A stretch of 64,000 nt of DNA, from positions 1-64,000 of the forward strand of contig NIVC01003922.1 of assembly GCA_002269645.1 (NCBI GenBank). The letters are read 5' to 3'. The position numbers and the translations under genes are program-made. The notes beneath the pieces were generated by a model. The model had not been told where the DNA came from and ran no database searches. It was given only the letters and a program-made list of their open reading frames with translations. This DNA comes from Macrostomum lignano. Lineage: Eukaryota. Positions 22,530 to 33,460 of this stretch are shown one piece after another (the first letter of the stretch is position 1; the number at the start of each line of letters is the position of its first letter).

Positions 22530-23844
22530 TGTGATTGCTCTATTTCAGTATTTACCAAGCATACTATGTCTAATCAATAATATTATAATCTCTATAAATT
22601 CTTTATTTTAGAATGTACATGTATGGTAGGACTCCTGGGATTACTCGGTAATCACGCAATTAATTATTATATTATTTATGAATAATGACGTAATACTAAC
22701 ATGCAAATTTAATTCACTGAAGCTCGTGCACAAGCGCCAACGAATAGCATACTGTATCTGCGCGACAAAGTGACTGTTAGTTGTTTTAATGCACTAGCTT
22801 TGCGGGTATATAAATACCGCGTGCACCAGCACCACTCTTGCCTTGGCTCTCGTTTTTCTAGCCCGGACTGTGTGCTCCCAGTCTAGTACTGTCTTGTCTT
22901 GTATTGTATTGTCTTGTGTAGGCCCGGCCTGTAGTGCCTGATAATTGACTTAGTTAATGACTAGTGATTAGAACTCGTTATGAGTCTTAGTGTGAGTGAA
23001 GCTCGTAACTACTGAGCTTAGTCAGGTAGACTAAAATCTTAGCTCTAACAGACTATGTTTAGTAAGGACCCAGGAGAGGCCGAGCTTATCTTAGCTAATT
23101 AATTATTGTTAAGTCGTTATTATTTTACTGCTGGTGCGCTACTTTATTTATTTATTAAGTTATCGTTCAATAACTACGTCAATTTATTATTATTTCGAAA
23201 CTCAATTTAAGCTATTAAGTTCAATTTAATCAAAATCTTCTTTGATAGCGATTTGTCTCAGTCATTTAATCATAGCTTCGATATGCGGCAGCGAACTACC
23301 TTTCGTGACTATCTAGCTTTGGGATTGACTTATCGGGGAACGTAATATATCAGGAAACCATTGGCATTACTCTATCAGACCATCTCACGATAACGCTCTT
23401 CGGCTGGTGCAATATAAGCAGTAAAGCCTTAGGCCATATTCTCGTAGCTACCGAAATTCTAAGTTTTTTGGAACCTTTGTTGTTACCGGAAATAGAGGAC
23501 CAAGTCACTCCGCTCATTAAGAGTTCGCGGACAAAGGGCCTGTCTGAGTTGTGCCAGACGCTGAGTCACCGCCGTGCTAAAGTACAAGTGATTCATAGTT
23601 TGCAACTAGACAAAGAGCCTAGGAGACAAGGAGCCCAGCGGAAATCTAGAGTCCCGCGAGACATAGGGCCCATAGGAAACTATAGGTCACTCGAGACAAG
23701 GGGCCTGTCTCTTTTCGGTGCTATATATAATATCCGCGACAGACTACTTGTCGTTGGTAGCCAAATTAGCATTAGTTCAATATTTCATTCCGGCAAGTCG
23801 CATTAATTTTAAACCTATCACATTTGGTGGCATCGTATAGGATT
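22530..23844 (+). mobile_element. Second-family LTR (TGTGAT...ATCACA) followed by a PBS, truncated
   Basis: 6-bp terminal inverted repeat (22530, 23822), TATATAAATA at ~22808, and TGGTGGCATCGTATAGGATT at 23825. Confidence 0.55.
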
Positions 23845-24221
23845 CAAGCCGTTAAGGTTACGCATTCTTTTCACCCCATTGCAAATGGAGATTAGTCTTT
23901 TGCATTTTCTTTAACCAAAACTACAACCTTTATTGGTTTGGCCGTGCATTTTTCTTCTAAAACTAAATTACGCTCATATTAATATTCAAAACTTAAACTA
24001 CACGAAAGAAATTCTTGAAATAATAAAAGTCACGTCTTAATAGGTATAATAATCCAAATCTATTAAATTCAACGTAAAGAAAATCTTGGGTGTCCATAAA
24101 AGCCGGCACTGGACACATTGGACACTTTTTTATAACAAAATCAGGAAATGTCGCAAAATAATTTAGCGCAGTTCGTTTTAATTCGTTGTTGTAAAGAATT
24201 AAGTGATTAAAATAACAACTT

Positions 24222-24650
24222 TTTGCACAGATTTGGCAGAAGGTTTGCTAGACACGAATAACTATTCTCCAATGCATGCTCTGTACTCGACAAAGCACAA
24301 GGGTCGACTTTTGGCGTGGAAAGACGAGTTTAAAGGTTTTGTACCACTGCAACTGGTATAGCTCGTATTTGCCACCAAAAAATACTCCTTCGTGTATGCC
24401 AATGGAACTATAGATCAAGTCTCACGCTGCAAAGGTGTCTGTAGGTCCGTGGCACAAAGTTTAAAGCATAAATACTATTTTAGAGTTTTTCGCCTATGAT
24501 GCCTACGCCTTTTTTAGGCTTATGAGTTTTTCGCGCATGCAGTCCATTCGCTGTCGAAAACAAAAAGTGTTTTTGGTGCAACAAAGAAAGCTTTTAATGA
24601 GCTTTTTCGATACGAAACGATCCTGGACAAGTTAATTTTTATAGTTTAAT
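24222..24650 (+). pseudogene. Protein-primed DNA polymerase B, C-terminal remnant
   Basis: LDTNNYSPMHALYSTKHKGRLLAWKDEF...KKYSF...RCKGVCRSVAQSLKH...QSIRC...DTKR, with stops and frameshifts. Confidence 0.75.
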
Positions 24651-24789
24651 ATATTTTTATAGTTAGATTCGTATTACTGAACAACTTGTTTAAGCTTGTG
24701 TTTTTCGACGTAAATGTAGTTTCTAGCGTTCATATTCCAAGAAAAACTTTTGGTCGAACGTTTGTATGAGTCAACCACGATTCCAACCC

Positions 24790-25180
24790 GAAAAACTGTC
24801 AGTTCATTTGGATATGATTATACCCAGGCGTAGATGACTTCATTCCGGCCTACGAATCCTGAAGTGTCCGGACAGGAATCAAAGTTCGGCTACCGCCAGG
24901 CACCTATGGGAGAATAGAAGGACGGTCTAGCATGGCGCTACGCAGTATATTTGTCGGCGGGGGCGTCAACGATCCTGACTATACGGGCGAAATCATCATT
25001 GTTTTGTTTAACTTCAGCATAGAAGATTTTAACTATTATGCTGGCCTTACCATCGCACAGCTGATTCTGGAGCAAGCCGTGCTTGCTTTAGTCTATGTGA
25101 CGGAGGCAGACAATTTAATTGGAATGATTGAACCGCCGACCAAGCAAAAGACGCGGCTTTGGCGGCTTTGGCAGCACTGA
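24790..25180 (+). pseudogene. dUTPase remnant
   Basis: RTGIKVRLPPGTYGRIEGRSSMA...GGVNDPDYTGEIIIVLFN...IAQLILE. Confidence 0.85.
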
Positions 25181-25371
25181 TCAATAACTATATAATAAAC
25201 TGATTTTTTGGTGATTGGTGCACTATGCGGGTGCTTTGTAACACTAAGCAATTTAAAAAAATTATGTTTAAATATACGTAAAAATAGCTTTAAAGATTGC
25301 AACAATTGAAATTAGAAAGGTTAAGAAGCAACAAGCTTTTGGTGTCGTAAATTAGTCAATTAACAATTTAC

Positions 25372-25640
25372 CACTTGAAGCACATTTGCCCGGCGGATAT
25401 CAGTTTTGTGGTCCAGGTACTCAACTACAAGCTAGGCTTGCAAAGGGACAACGAGGAATTAATCGGCTTGACATTTTGCATGCTTCACGACGTGGCCTAT
25501 GATAAAAATTCTGACGTGCAAGAGAGGTTTAAAGCGGATAAGCTGTTAGTATCTGGTGCACGAGAGATTGCCCACAATCCATCTACTTGTTGGAGAGAAA
25601 AGCTGCTGCGAAGTTATAGGTTATGCATGCAAGTTAAGCA
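25372..25640 (+). pseudogene. Parvovirus/adintovirus-type phospholipase A2 remnant
   Basis: After frame correction: HLPGGYQFCGPGTQLQARLAKGQRGINRLD...CMLHDVAY...RFKAD. Confidence 0.75.
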
Positions 25641-25689
25641 ACGCTTTGGTGCTTGAAAATGCACTCATACAATACGAGTATGCAGCTAG

Positions 25690-26290
25690 CTCATGATTCT
25701 ACATTTACGAGCTATTATTGCTGGACCTTAAAACTCTGGTAAAACTGAACGGACTTTGCGTTTGCTGACTCAACAAAAAAGAATTATTTGATAAAAACAC
25801 GCCTTGTTTGGTGCAATGGATCAAGTTTGAAATCAGACGAGCAACAACAAATTAGAACATGCTGGGAAAAGACTGGCCTTGGCCCTATCGTTTTTGTGCC
25901 CGAATTTACGCCGCAGATGATTAATTGTTTTTTACCACACGATTTGGTTGTTGTTGATGACTTGCGAAGTGAGATTGCTAAGTTGCCAGAATTTACGAGC
26001 GTACTATTATGTTTACAAAGCATGCGCATTATATCCCTTTGACTGGTCTGTATCTTTGACAAGGTCTTTTTAACCCATCTGATCCAGAAGCGCGCATGCG
26101 AAGTTTATCAGCTAGTTATATTTGTCTAACTCGTAGTGTGCACGATCGAACCACAGTTAAAAATCTCGGTCGACAAATAATACTCAATAATACGATCAAA
26201 GAAAAACTATTGGGGTCGTGTTTGGGCAGAGGCAGACTTGGATGCTTACGTTTCCTGGCAACCGTACGCGTCTGGTACAGATGAAAAATT
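25690..26290 (+). pseudogene. A32/FtsK-like packaging ATPase remnant
   Basis: IIAGP*NSGKTE Walker A, VVVDDL Walker B, ...DRTTVKNLGRQ motif. Confidence 0.75.
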
Positions 26291-26399
26291 TGCCTAAAAA
26301 CTATTGGGTTAGAACTACCAGTTACATTTATGGAAGCTTTCAAATTTGACTCTTAGAAGAAAATTTCTGGATTAGTCTCGGAAAAAAATTATCAAAGCC

Positions 26400-26830
26400 T
26401 ACCGCTGGCAGTGTACTATTGTGTTCTATCGCCTGGTGATTCTACAAGACTTGTTTCGCTATCTATATATTTATCTATTTTTGGAGACTATCTTCAAAAA
26501 ACGGAAGGAGAGATTGTACATCAAACTACACCAATATTGGTTGAGAAATGGTATTTGGCGCAATAACAAAATTTACTTGGATGATGTGTAATCGAGTATT
26601 AAGCAGTGGGAAGTACATCAGTACCGTTGCTTCGAGTTGTGGAACTCCGACAAAAGAAAAACGGAGAACTTGTACGCAATAGCAGTGCATTGCAAATGCC
26701 CTGCTACTTGAAAACAAATCGGAAACAAATTTAAGAGATTTCTATTCGACTGTCGGACCAGCGCGGAAAGCCGTTTAATTTTCGTCCTAAAGCACGTTTT
26801 TTTCGTACTGCATTTTAGACGTAGGTCGGA
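26400..26830 (+). pseudogene. Minor capsid (penton) remnant
   Basis: VGSTSVPLLRVV...EISIRLSDQRGKPFNF...VLHFR C-terminal signature. Confidence 0.6.
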
Positions 26831-26849
26831 CTAACTTATAAGCAAAGAT

Positions 26850-27302
26850 TAATTGTTTTAAAGAAAATTTAGTGAATTTCTTTTGTAAGAATAAGCAAAC
26901 TAACAGAAAAAGGAAAACGAAATGCTTGCTTGTTGTGTCAATGTGCTTTTTTACTTCAAATTGTGTGTTGGCTAAAGCATCTAAAGCAGAGAAAAAGTTT
27001 TTTTAAATACTTTCAGAGTCTGAGATACGGTGTCTAGTAGACTTTCTGTTTAATATTATTAGTTCTAACAGTAACAAAAGACGACTTGAGAAGCATCGCA
27101 GATATATACGTTAGCTTTTGGAACAGAAGACTCCAATTACTGCAAAAAAGAAAATTCTTGTCCAGCACGGAGGATTTTTACTTTTTTGGCTCCAATAATT
27201 GCTGCTCTACCTGTTATAAGCACTGCGCTTAGGATAACGTCTGGAGTAGTTGGTACCGCCGCGGGAGGAGCAAATGTAATACGATCAATTAAACGAAAGT
27301 AG
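26850..27302 (+). pseudogene. Small basic Polinton protein (KKKILVQHGGFL motif)
   Basis: KRRLEKHRRYIR*LLEQKTPITAKKKILVQHGGFLLFLAPIIAAL.... Confidence 0.55.
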
Positions 27303-28073
27303 GAATGCGAGCTAAGGAGAATAGTAGTTTTCAACGAATGTACCTAGTACCTGAATCTGTATCAATCTACATGTCAGGGTGTAGAGCAAGGACAACCAGC
27401 TGAGGTACCTCGAAAAACTGAGACATGCCTTAAGATGCTCTTTCAAAAAATATGATGGAAATGAGAGATCAAATGGATAACTTGGACAAGGAAATCGACA
27501 AGGAGCGGATTGGAAGACAAAATTTTAAAATTGCGCAGAGTCTATCGTGCAACAACGAGGACAAGGACAGCGAACCGCTTGTTCGCAAAGGAACTAATGT
27601 AAGAAGTAATACAAGTGGCAAATTCCTAAAGTTTTTTTACCATGCTTCGAAGCTCTCACGCAAAGTCTATTTTCGGACACGAATGCAGAACCAATGCCGG
27701 CTAATCTGACTGATGTCGAGATACAAGATCTCATGGAATGTGTTGTTCAAGACAGACCGCTTAAGTGACACAACCGACTAAAACAATTTTTATGATTTTA
27801 ATGATTTTAAAATGCATTTAAAATGCACAGGACTTTCATAGCTATTTGTAATGTAAATCAAGATAGAAAATCATAAACAGCGCGACACGAAGACGCAGCT
27901 CTAATCCAAATCCTCTATACTAAAAATATAAAGCTATTTAGCTTATATAGTAGCTGTTACTATTACTGAAAAGTACATATCAATGTGTATAAATTTTCTA
28001 AATACTAAGAATAGTAATGCTAAGAATATGCTATATCCCGTAAACCAGACATGCTCATTTAAAGACAACACTA

Positions 28074-28215
28074 CTTTTAGTAATCCGAAGGCTCCTCTCA
28101 GATACACAGCGAATGATCATCCTATGACCCATTGTCCTATTGTTGCAAAAAAACGGTTCTCAGTACTTATTTTTCAGTTCTAAAATATGGTGTTAACCAA
28201 AAATTGTCAACCTTG
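28074..28215 (+). repeat. ~142-bp segment duplicated at 29491-29633
   Basis: Near-identical direct copies on either side of the satellite block. Confidence 0.9.
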
Positions 28216-28225
28216 CCCCTGCAAT

Positions 28226-28560
28226 TGCAATTGCCGCATTTGCAGTTGAAAACGTGAAGGCCAGACGGAGTTTACAATGAGAAGAGAGGGTGTGGAGAAC
28301 AATGGAGCGCTGCATGGCATTGACAGTGCAAGTGTTGACTTCATCTGACAATGCGCTTGCCAACTTGGTGAACAGCGGCGGACAAGCAGAGACCCTGAGG
28401 AGTAAACAGTTTTGTAATTCATAGATGATTGCGATCTGGGGGATGCTTGCTATCTTGGGGATGCTTTTTTAGGGGGAATGCCTGCTATCTTTGCAAAGGC
28501 TTTATTTGTATAATTGCCACATCGCTGCTCACGGATGATGGAAAATGCCCCACCACTGCC
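28226..28560 (+). repeat. ~335-bp segment duplicated at ~31612-31945
   Basis: Near-identical, and each copy runs into the same ~30-bp satellite. Confidence 0.9.
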
Positions 28561-29490
28561 TACGGATGCTGGAGAATACCATCACTGCCTACGGATGCTG
28601 GAGAATGACCATCACTCCCTACAGGTGCTGGAGAATGCTCCACCACTGACTACGGATGCTGGAGAGTGCCCATCACAGCCCACGGATGCTGGAGAATACC
28701 ATCACTGCCTACGGGTGCTGGAGAATGTCGATTACTGCCTACGGATGATGGAGAGTGCCCATCACTGCCTATGGATGATGGAGAATGATCCATCACTGCC
28801 TACGGATGCTGGAGAATGTCGATCACTGCCTACGGATGATGGAGAATGATCCATCACTGCCTACGGATGCTGGAGAATGTCGATCACTGCCTAGGGATGC
28901 TGAAGAATGACCATCACTCCCTACAGGTGCTGGAGAATGCTCCACCACTGACTACGGATGCTGGAGAGTGCCCATCACAGCCTACGGATGCTGGAGAATA
29001 CCATCACTGCCTACGGATGCTGGAGAATGACCATCACTCCCTACAGGTGCTGGAGAATGCTCCACCACTGACTACGGATGCTGGAGAGTGCCCATCACAG
29101 CCTACGGATGCTGGAGAATACCATCACTGCCTACGGATGCTGGAGAATGACCATCACTCCCTACAGGTGCTGGAGAATGCTCCACCACTGACTACGGATG
29201 CTGGAGAGTGCCCATCACAGCCTACGGATGCTGGAGAATACCATCACTGCCTACGGATGCTGGAGAATGACCATCACTCCCTACAGGTGCTGGAGAATGC
29301 TCCACCACTGCCTACGGATGCTGGAGAGTGCCCATCACAGCCTACGGATGCTGGAGAATACCATCACTGCCTACGGATGCTGGAGAGTGCCCATCACTGC
29401 CTACGGATGCTGGAGAATGTCGATCACTGCCTACAGATGCTGGAGAATACTCCATCACTGCCTACGGATGCTGGAGAATGTCGATCACTG
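28540..29490. repeat. ~30-bp minisatellite (CTGGAGAAT..CATCACTGCCTACGGATG) with 120-bp higher-order repeat
   Basis: 29+30+31+30 bp monomers recur as a 120-bp unit, seen as a 40-aa repeat in the ORF track. Confidence 0.95.
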
Positions 29491-30659
29491 CTTTTAGTAA
29501 TCCGAAGGCTTGTCTCAGATACACAGCGAATGATCATCCTATGACCCATTGTCCTATTGTTGCAAAAAAACGGTTTTCAGTAACTTATTTTTCAGTTCTA
29601 AAATATGGTGTTAACCCAAATTTGTCAACCTTGTCCCGAGACTCATTGTATGGAAGAGGGAGTTCGTGAGTTTAGGCACCGACTTATTTTCCTCTGCTCC
29701 TTTCATTCCCTAGCTAGTCACTAGAGTGCCAAAGGCGAACTATTCAGATGCATTAGATGGTCAAGAGACGATCTTGTACAACAGACGTAGATATAAACAT
29801 AATTCCTGCTTGAAAGCATATAATGGCAGTGTATAATTAGAGTTGGTAATTAATAAACTCACCAAATTGAGCTGCTTGCCAAGACACTGATGAATTCAAA
29901 CAAAGTAGCCTACGAACGTAGCAAGTGGTTCAGGCTGCAGTTCTAAACACATCTTTATAAGGGCTAGCAGGCACCCCAACCCCACCCTTCGATCGATCGA
30001 TAAAATTTAGAATAGACACTGCGCGCGGGTTTGGCCAGGGTAAGGAAATTGCCATGTCAGTCACCCCCGACCTCCCCCAGGTGTGGTGGGCGCACGATCT
30101 CGCACGATATATTGTGCGAGATGAAATGTAGATCTTAGCCTAATTAGCGCAGAAACGAACCCCACCCTGTCTAATGTGTTAATTAACCGTGCACACAATG
30201 AGCTGGCTCTTTGAATTTCATGATTTTCAGTGAGATCTAGTTTACTTCGCTTTGGTTGCTTTTGATTTGCATTTTGCACGTCAATTTTCATTTCATGTTG
30301 CATGAGTCGGTGACTCATTTGAGTTGATTGTACCCTGTGGGCCTGAACGAGAGTTTGAAAAACCTGCGTCATTTGCCTTTCCATTTGCGATTGATTAAGC
30401 GTGCACAGAAATGACAAACTTGGTTAATTATGATAACTTATTTCGAGAATTAGTCTGTGTAAGTGAGCTCATTTCAGTAGCTCTGTCAATGCTCTAGGGT
30501 GGCTGTTTTCAATTTTGCTGAGTAATTGTGTGCAAAAAAAACAATATATTATACTCGAATGTCGAGAACACACCTAGGTCGTATTGCACATCTTCACCAG
30601 AGTTCCCCTTCAAATTCGGCTTGTGCACCAAAAACGTATGCATCTCCCTCTGTCCTATA

Positions 30660-31025
30660 TCTCCGCCCTCACCCGCCCTCTTCTTCCGCCTCTGCCCACC
30701 GCTCTCACCTACCCTCTCTTTTCCCTAGCCTGCCCTTTTCCTCCGCCCTCTACCGCCGTCTTCCTCCGCCCTCTTCTTCCGCCTTCGCCCACCGCCCTCT
30801 CCCTCCCCCCTAGCCTGCCATCTTCCTCCACCCTCTCTCGCCCTCTTCTTCCGCCCTCTACCGCCGTCTTCCTCCGCCCTCTTCTTCCGCCTTCGCCCAC
30901 CGCCCTCTCCCTCCCCCCTAGCCTGCCATCTTCCTCCACCCTCTCTCGCCCTCTTCTCCCGACCTCTCACGCCGTCTTCCTCCGCCGTCTTCCTCCGCCC
31001 TCTTCCTCTGCCCTCTCCCTCCGCC
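30660..31025. repeat. CT-rich low-complexity tandem repeat
   Basis: Recurrent CCGCCCTCTTCTTCCGCC units. Confidence 0.9.
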
Positions 31026-31919
31026 ATCTGTTCTTGTTTTCTAAATTTTATTTTTAGTTTTGCAGCATTGTAAAATAATTTTCAGAAAGTTAAGTTTAAA
31101 TTTTACAGCGGAAATTAGTTGTGATTTCTGATTGAACAGTGCAAGTCTCATAAAAATCGGTTAAGCCCTTTTTTATCTAATCGATTACATAGAGCCAAAC
31201 AAAAAATTTTCACCTGGGAACCAATGACTGCCGTAAGTACATGTATTTGATTTTTTAAAGACGATGCACTGGAAGGCGAATTTGACAGGGCAAACTCTCA
31301 GTTGATACGAGTATGTTTGCTGATGCGGTCGGAAAAGTAAAACAAAAATATTATTATTATATAAATGAATGTCTTTCATAATATGCTGTGGAAGAAGACT
31401 GTTAAATAAAATGATTTTTTTGAGTAAAAAAAATTTTAAACAGATTTTGTTATAGTTTGAGCTGAACTTCAACTATAAATGGACAGTTGGTTAATGTATC
31501 TGTACAATGTAGCAATGTCCTGCCACCCCTCTGTCATGCAATAGGCTTGCACATAGAGGTCAGTGGGAACTACAAGTTCAGCGGGAAACACGCGAGCTCA
31601 GTCCGAACGACTGCAATTGCCGCATTTGCAGTTGAAAACGTGAAGGCCCGACGGAGTTTACAATGAGAAGAGAGGGTGTGGAGAACAATGGGGCGCTGCA
31701 TGGCATTGACAGTACAAGTGTTGACTTCATCTGACAATGCGCTTGCCAACTTGGTGAACAGCGGCGGACAAGCAGAGACCCTGAGGAGTAAACAGTTTTG
31801 TAATTCATAGATGATTGCGATCTGGGGATTGCTTGCTATCTTGGGGATGCTTTTTTAGGGGGAATGCCTGCTATCTTTGCAAAGGCTTTATTTGTATAAT
31901 TGCCACATCGCTGCTCACG

Positions 31920-32362
31920 GATGATGGAGAATGCCCCACCACTGCCTACGGATGCTGGAGAATACCATCACTGCCTACGGATGCTGGATAATGCTCCATC
32001 ACTGCCTAGGGATGCTGAAGAATGATCCATCACTGCCTACGGATGCTGGAGAATGCTCCATCACTGCCTACGGATGCTGGAGAATGACCATCACTCCCTA
32101 CAGGTGCTGGAAAATCCTTCATCATTGCCTACGGATGCTGGAGAGTGCCCATCACTGCCTACGGATGCTGGAGAGTGCCCATCACTGCCTACGGATGCTG
32201 GAGAATGACCATCACTCCCTACAGGTGCTGGAGAATGACCATCACTCCCTACAGGTGCTGGAGAATGACCATCACTCCCTACAGGAGCTGGAGAATGCTG
32301 CAGCACTGGCACAGGATGATGGAGAATGCTCCATCACTGCCTACGGATGCTGGAGAATGTCT
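31920..32362. repeat. Second array of the ~30-bp minisatellite
   Basis: Same monomer as 28540-29490 without the 120-bp order. Confidence 0.95.
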
Positions 32363-33169
32363 GAGTGCTGCTCATGAATTGTGTTTTATCCTTGCTCATT
32401 GCCATTAGGGCCAAGTACATATGTTTATGCGAGTAAATAATTCTTCCAACAAGCAATGCATCAAAATGTTTTTGACATTATCAACTAAGAAAATTATTCT
32501 AAATATATTTTTGAAATCTTGGAATTCTTTTAAATTCGTTTTTGAGTCAACAGTTCCCTAAACTTGTCCTAAATTGACTGGAAGAACAAAATGACAAAAT
32601 AGTACAAAATGCCTTTAGAAAAAAGCAAAACAACAAGCATCAAGTAAAACGCGGATGTCAAAAACTATTATTGGAGAGCGCTTTCGCCGGTGGATGTTTC
32701 TTGGAAAATATAAAGGAGCTGAGGAAGAACCGGCACCGAACAGCGAGCTTTGAAATAAACAGTTTTAATTGGGAAGACAGCAAGAAAATACCCAACCTAG
32801 AAGCAACGAAAAAGTAAATTAAAGCATTCGAAGGCACAAAACTGACATTTACAACAAACAAACAAAGCGATCTGGCTGTAGCAAGCATTTTACAGGAGTA
32901 ATTATTGGCAGTGACAAATGTAAACTAGCATAATAAAAGTGCATTGCACCTCATCTGCTTTGGAAGATTAAATAAATTATTAACAACTTCATAACAGGCA
33001 CTTAATCTGCCACCATTTTCAAGAGACTATGAATATTTATTAGAACAGATATCCAATTCAGGTAACAACATGAAAATTATGGTTGGTAGGTTGACGAATA
33101 TTCATAGCTGATATGCCTCGGAGGTTAACAAAGCTACCATAAGCATTGAGTCTTAGGATCAAAAGGGAA

Positions 33170-33409
33170 GAGAGTCAGGGGGACACAGCAGGATGAGGGG
33201 GGCACAGCAGGGTCAGGGGGACACAGCAGGGTCAGGGGGACACAGCAGGGTCAGGGGGATCGACACAGCAGGGTCAGGGGGACACAGCAGGGTCAGGGGG
33301 ACACAGCAGGATCAGGGGGACACAGCAGGGTCAGGGGGACACAGCAGGGTCAGGGGGACACAGCAGGGTCAGGGGGACACAGCAGGGTCAGGGGACACAG
33401 CAGGGTCAG
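33170..33409. repeat. 19-bp minisatellite (ACACAGCAGGGTCAGGGGG) in the PICK1 3' UTR region
   Basis: About 12 copies between the stop codon (33461) and a minus-strand AATAAA near 33040. Confidence 0.92.
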
Positions 33410-33460
33410 ATCCGACACAAGCCGATCGCAGAAGCGGCACTGAGAGTCAGGATACGCAGC

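Larger units (their letters stand above)
20310..27750 (+). mobile_element. Decayed Polinton/Maverick (adintovirus-like) element, interrupted by insertions
   Basis: Co-oriented remnants of PolB, dUTPase, PLA2, packaging ATPase, penton and a GGFL core-type protein. Termini not found. Confidence 0.8.

Noticed and set aside
28514-32408. Repetitive ORFs (MLENDHHSLQ..., ITAYGCWR...)
   Set aside because: Satellite translations with no unique coding sequence or gene signals.
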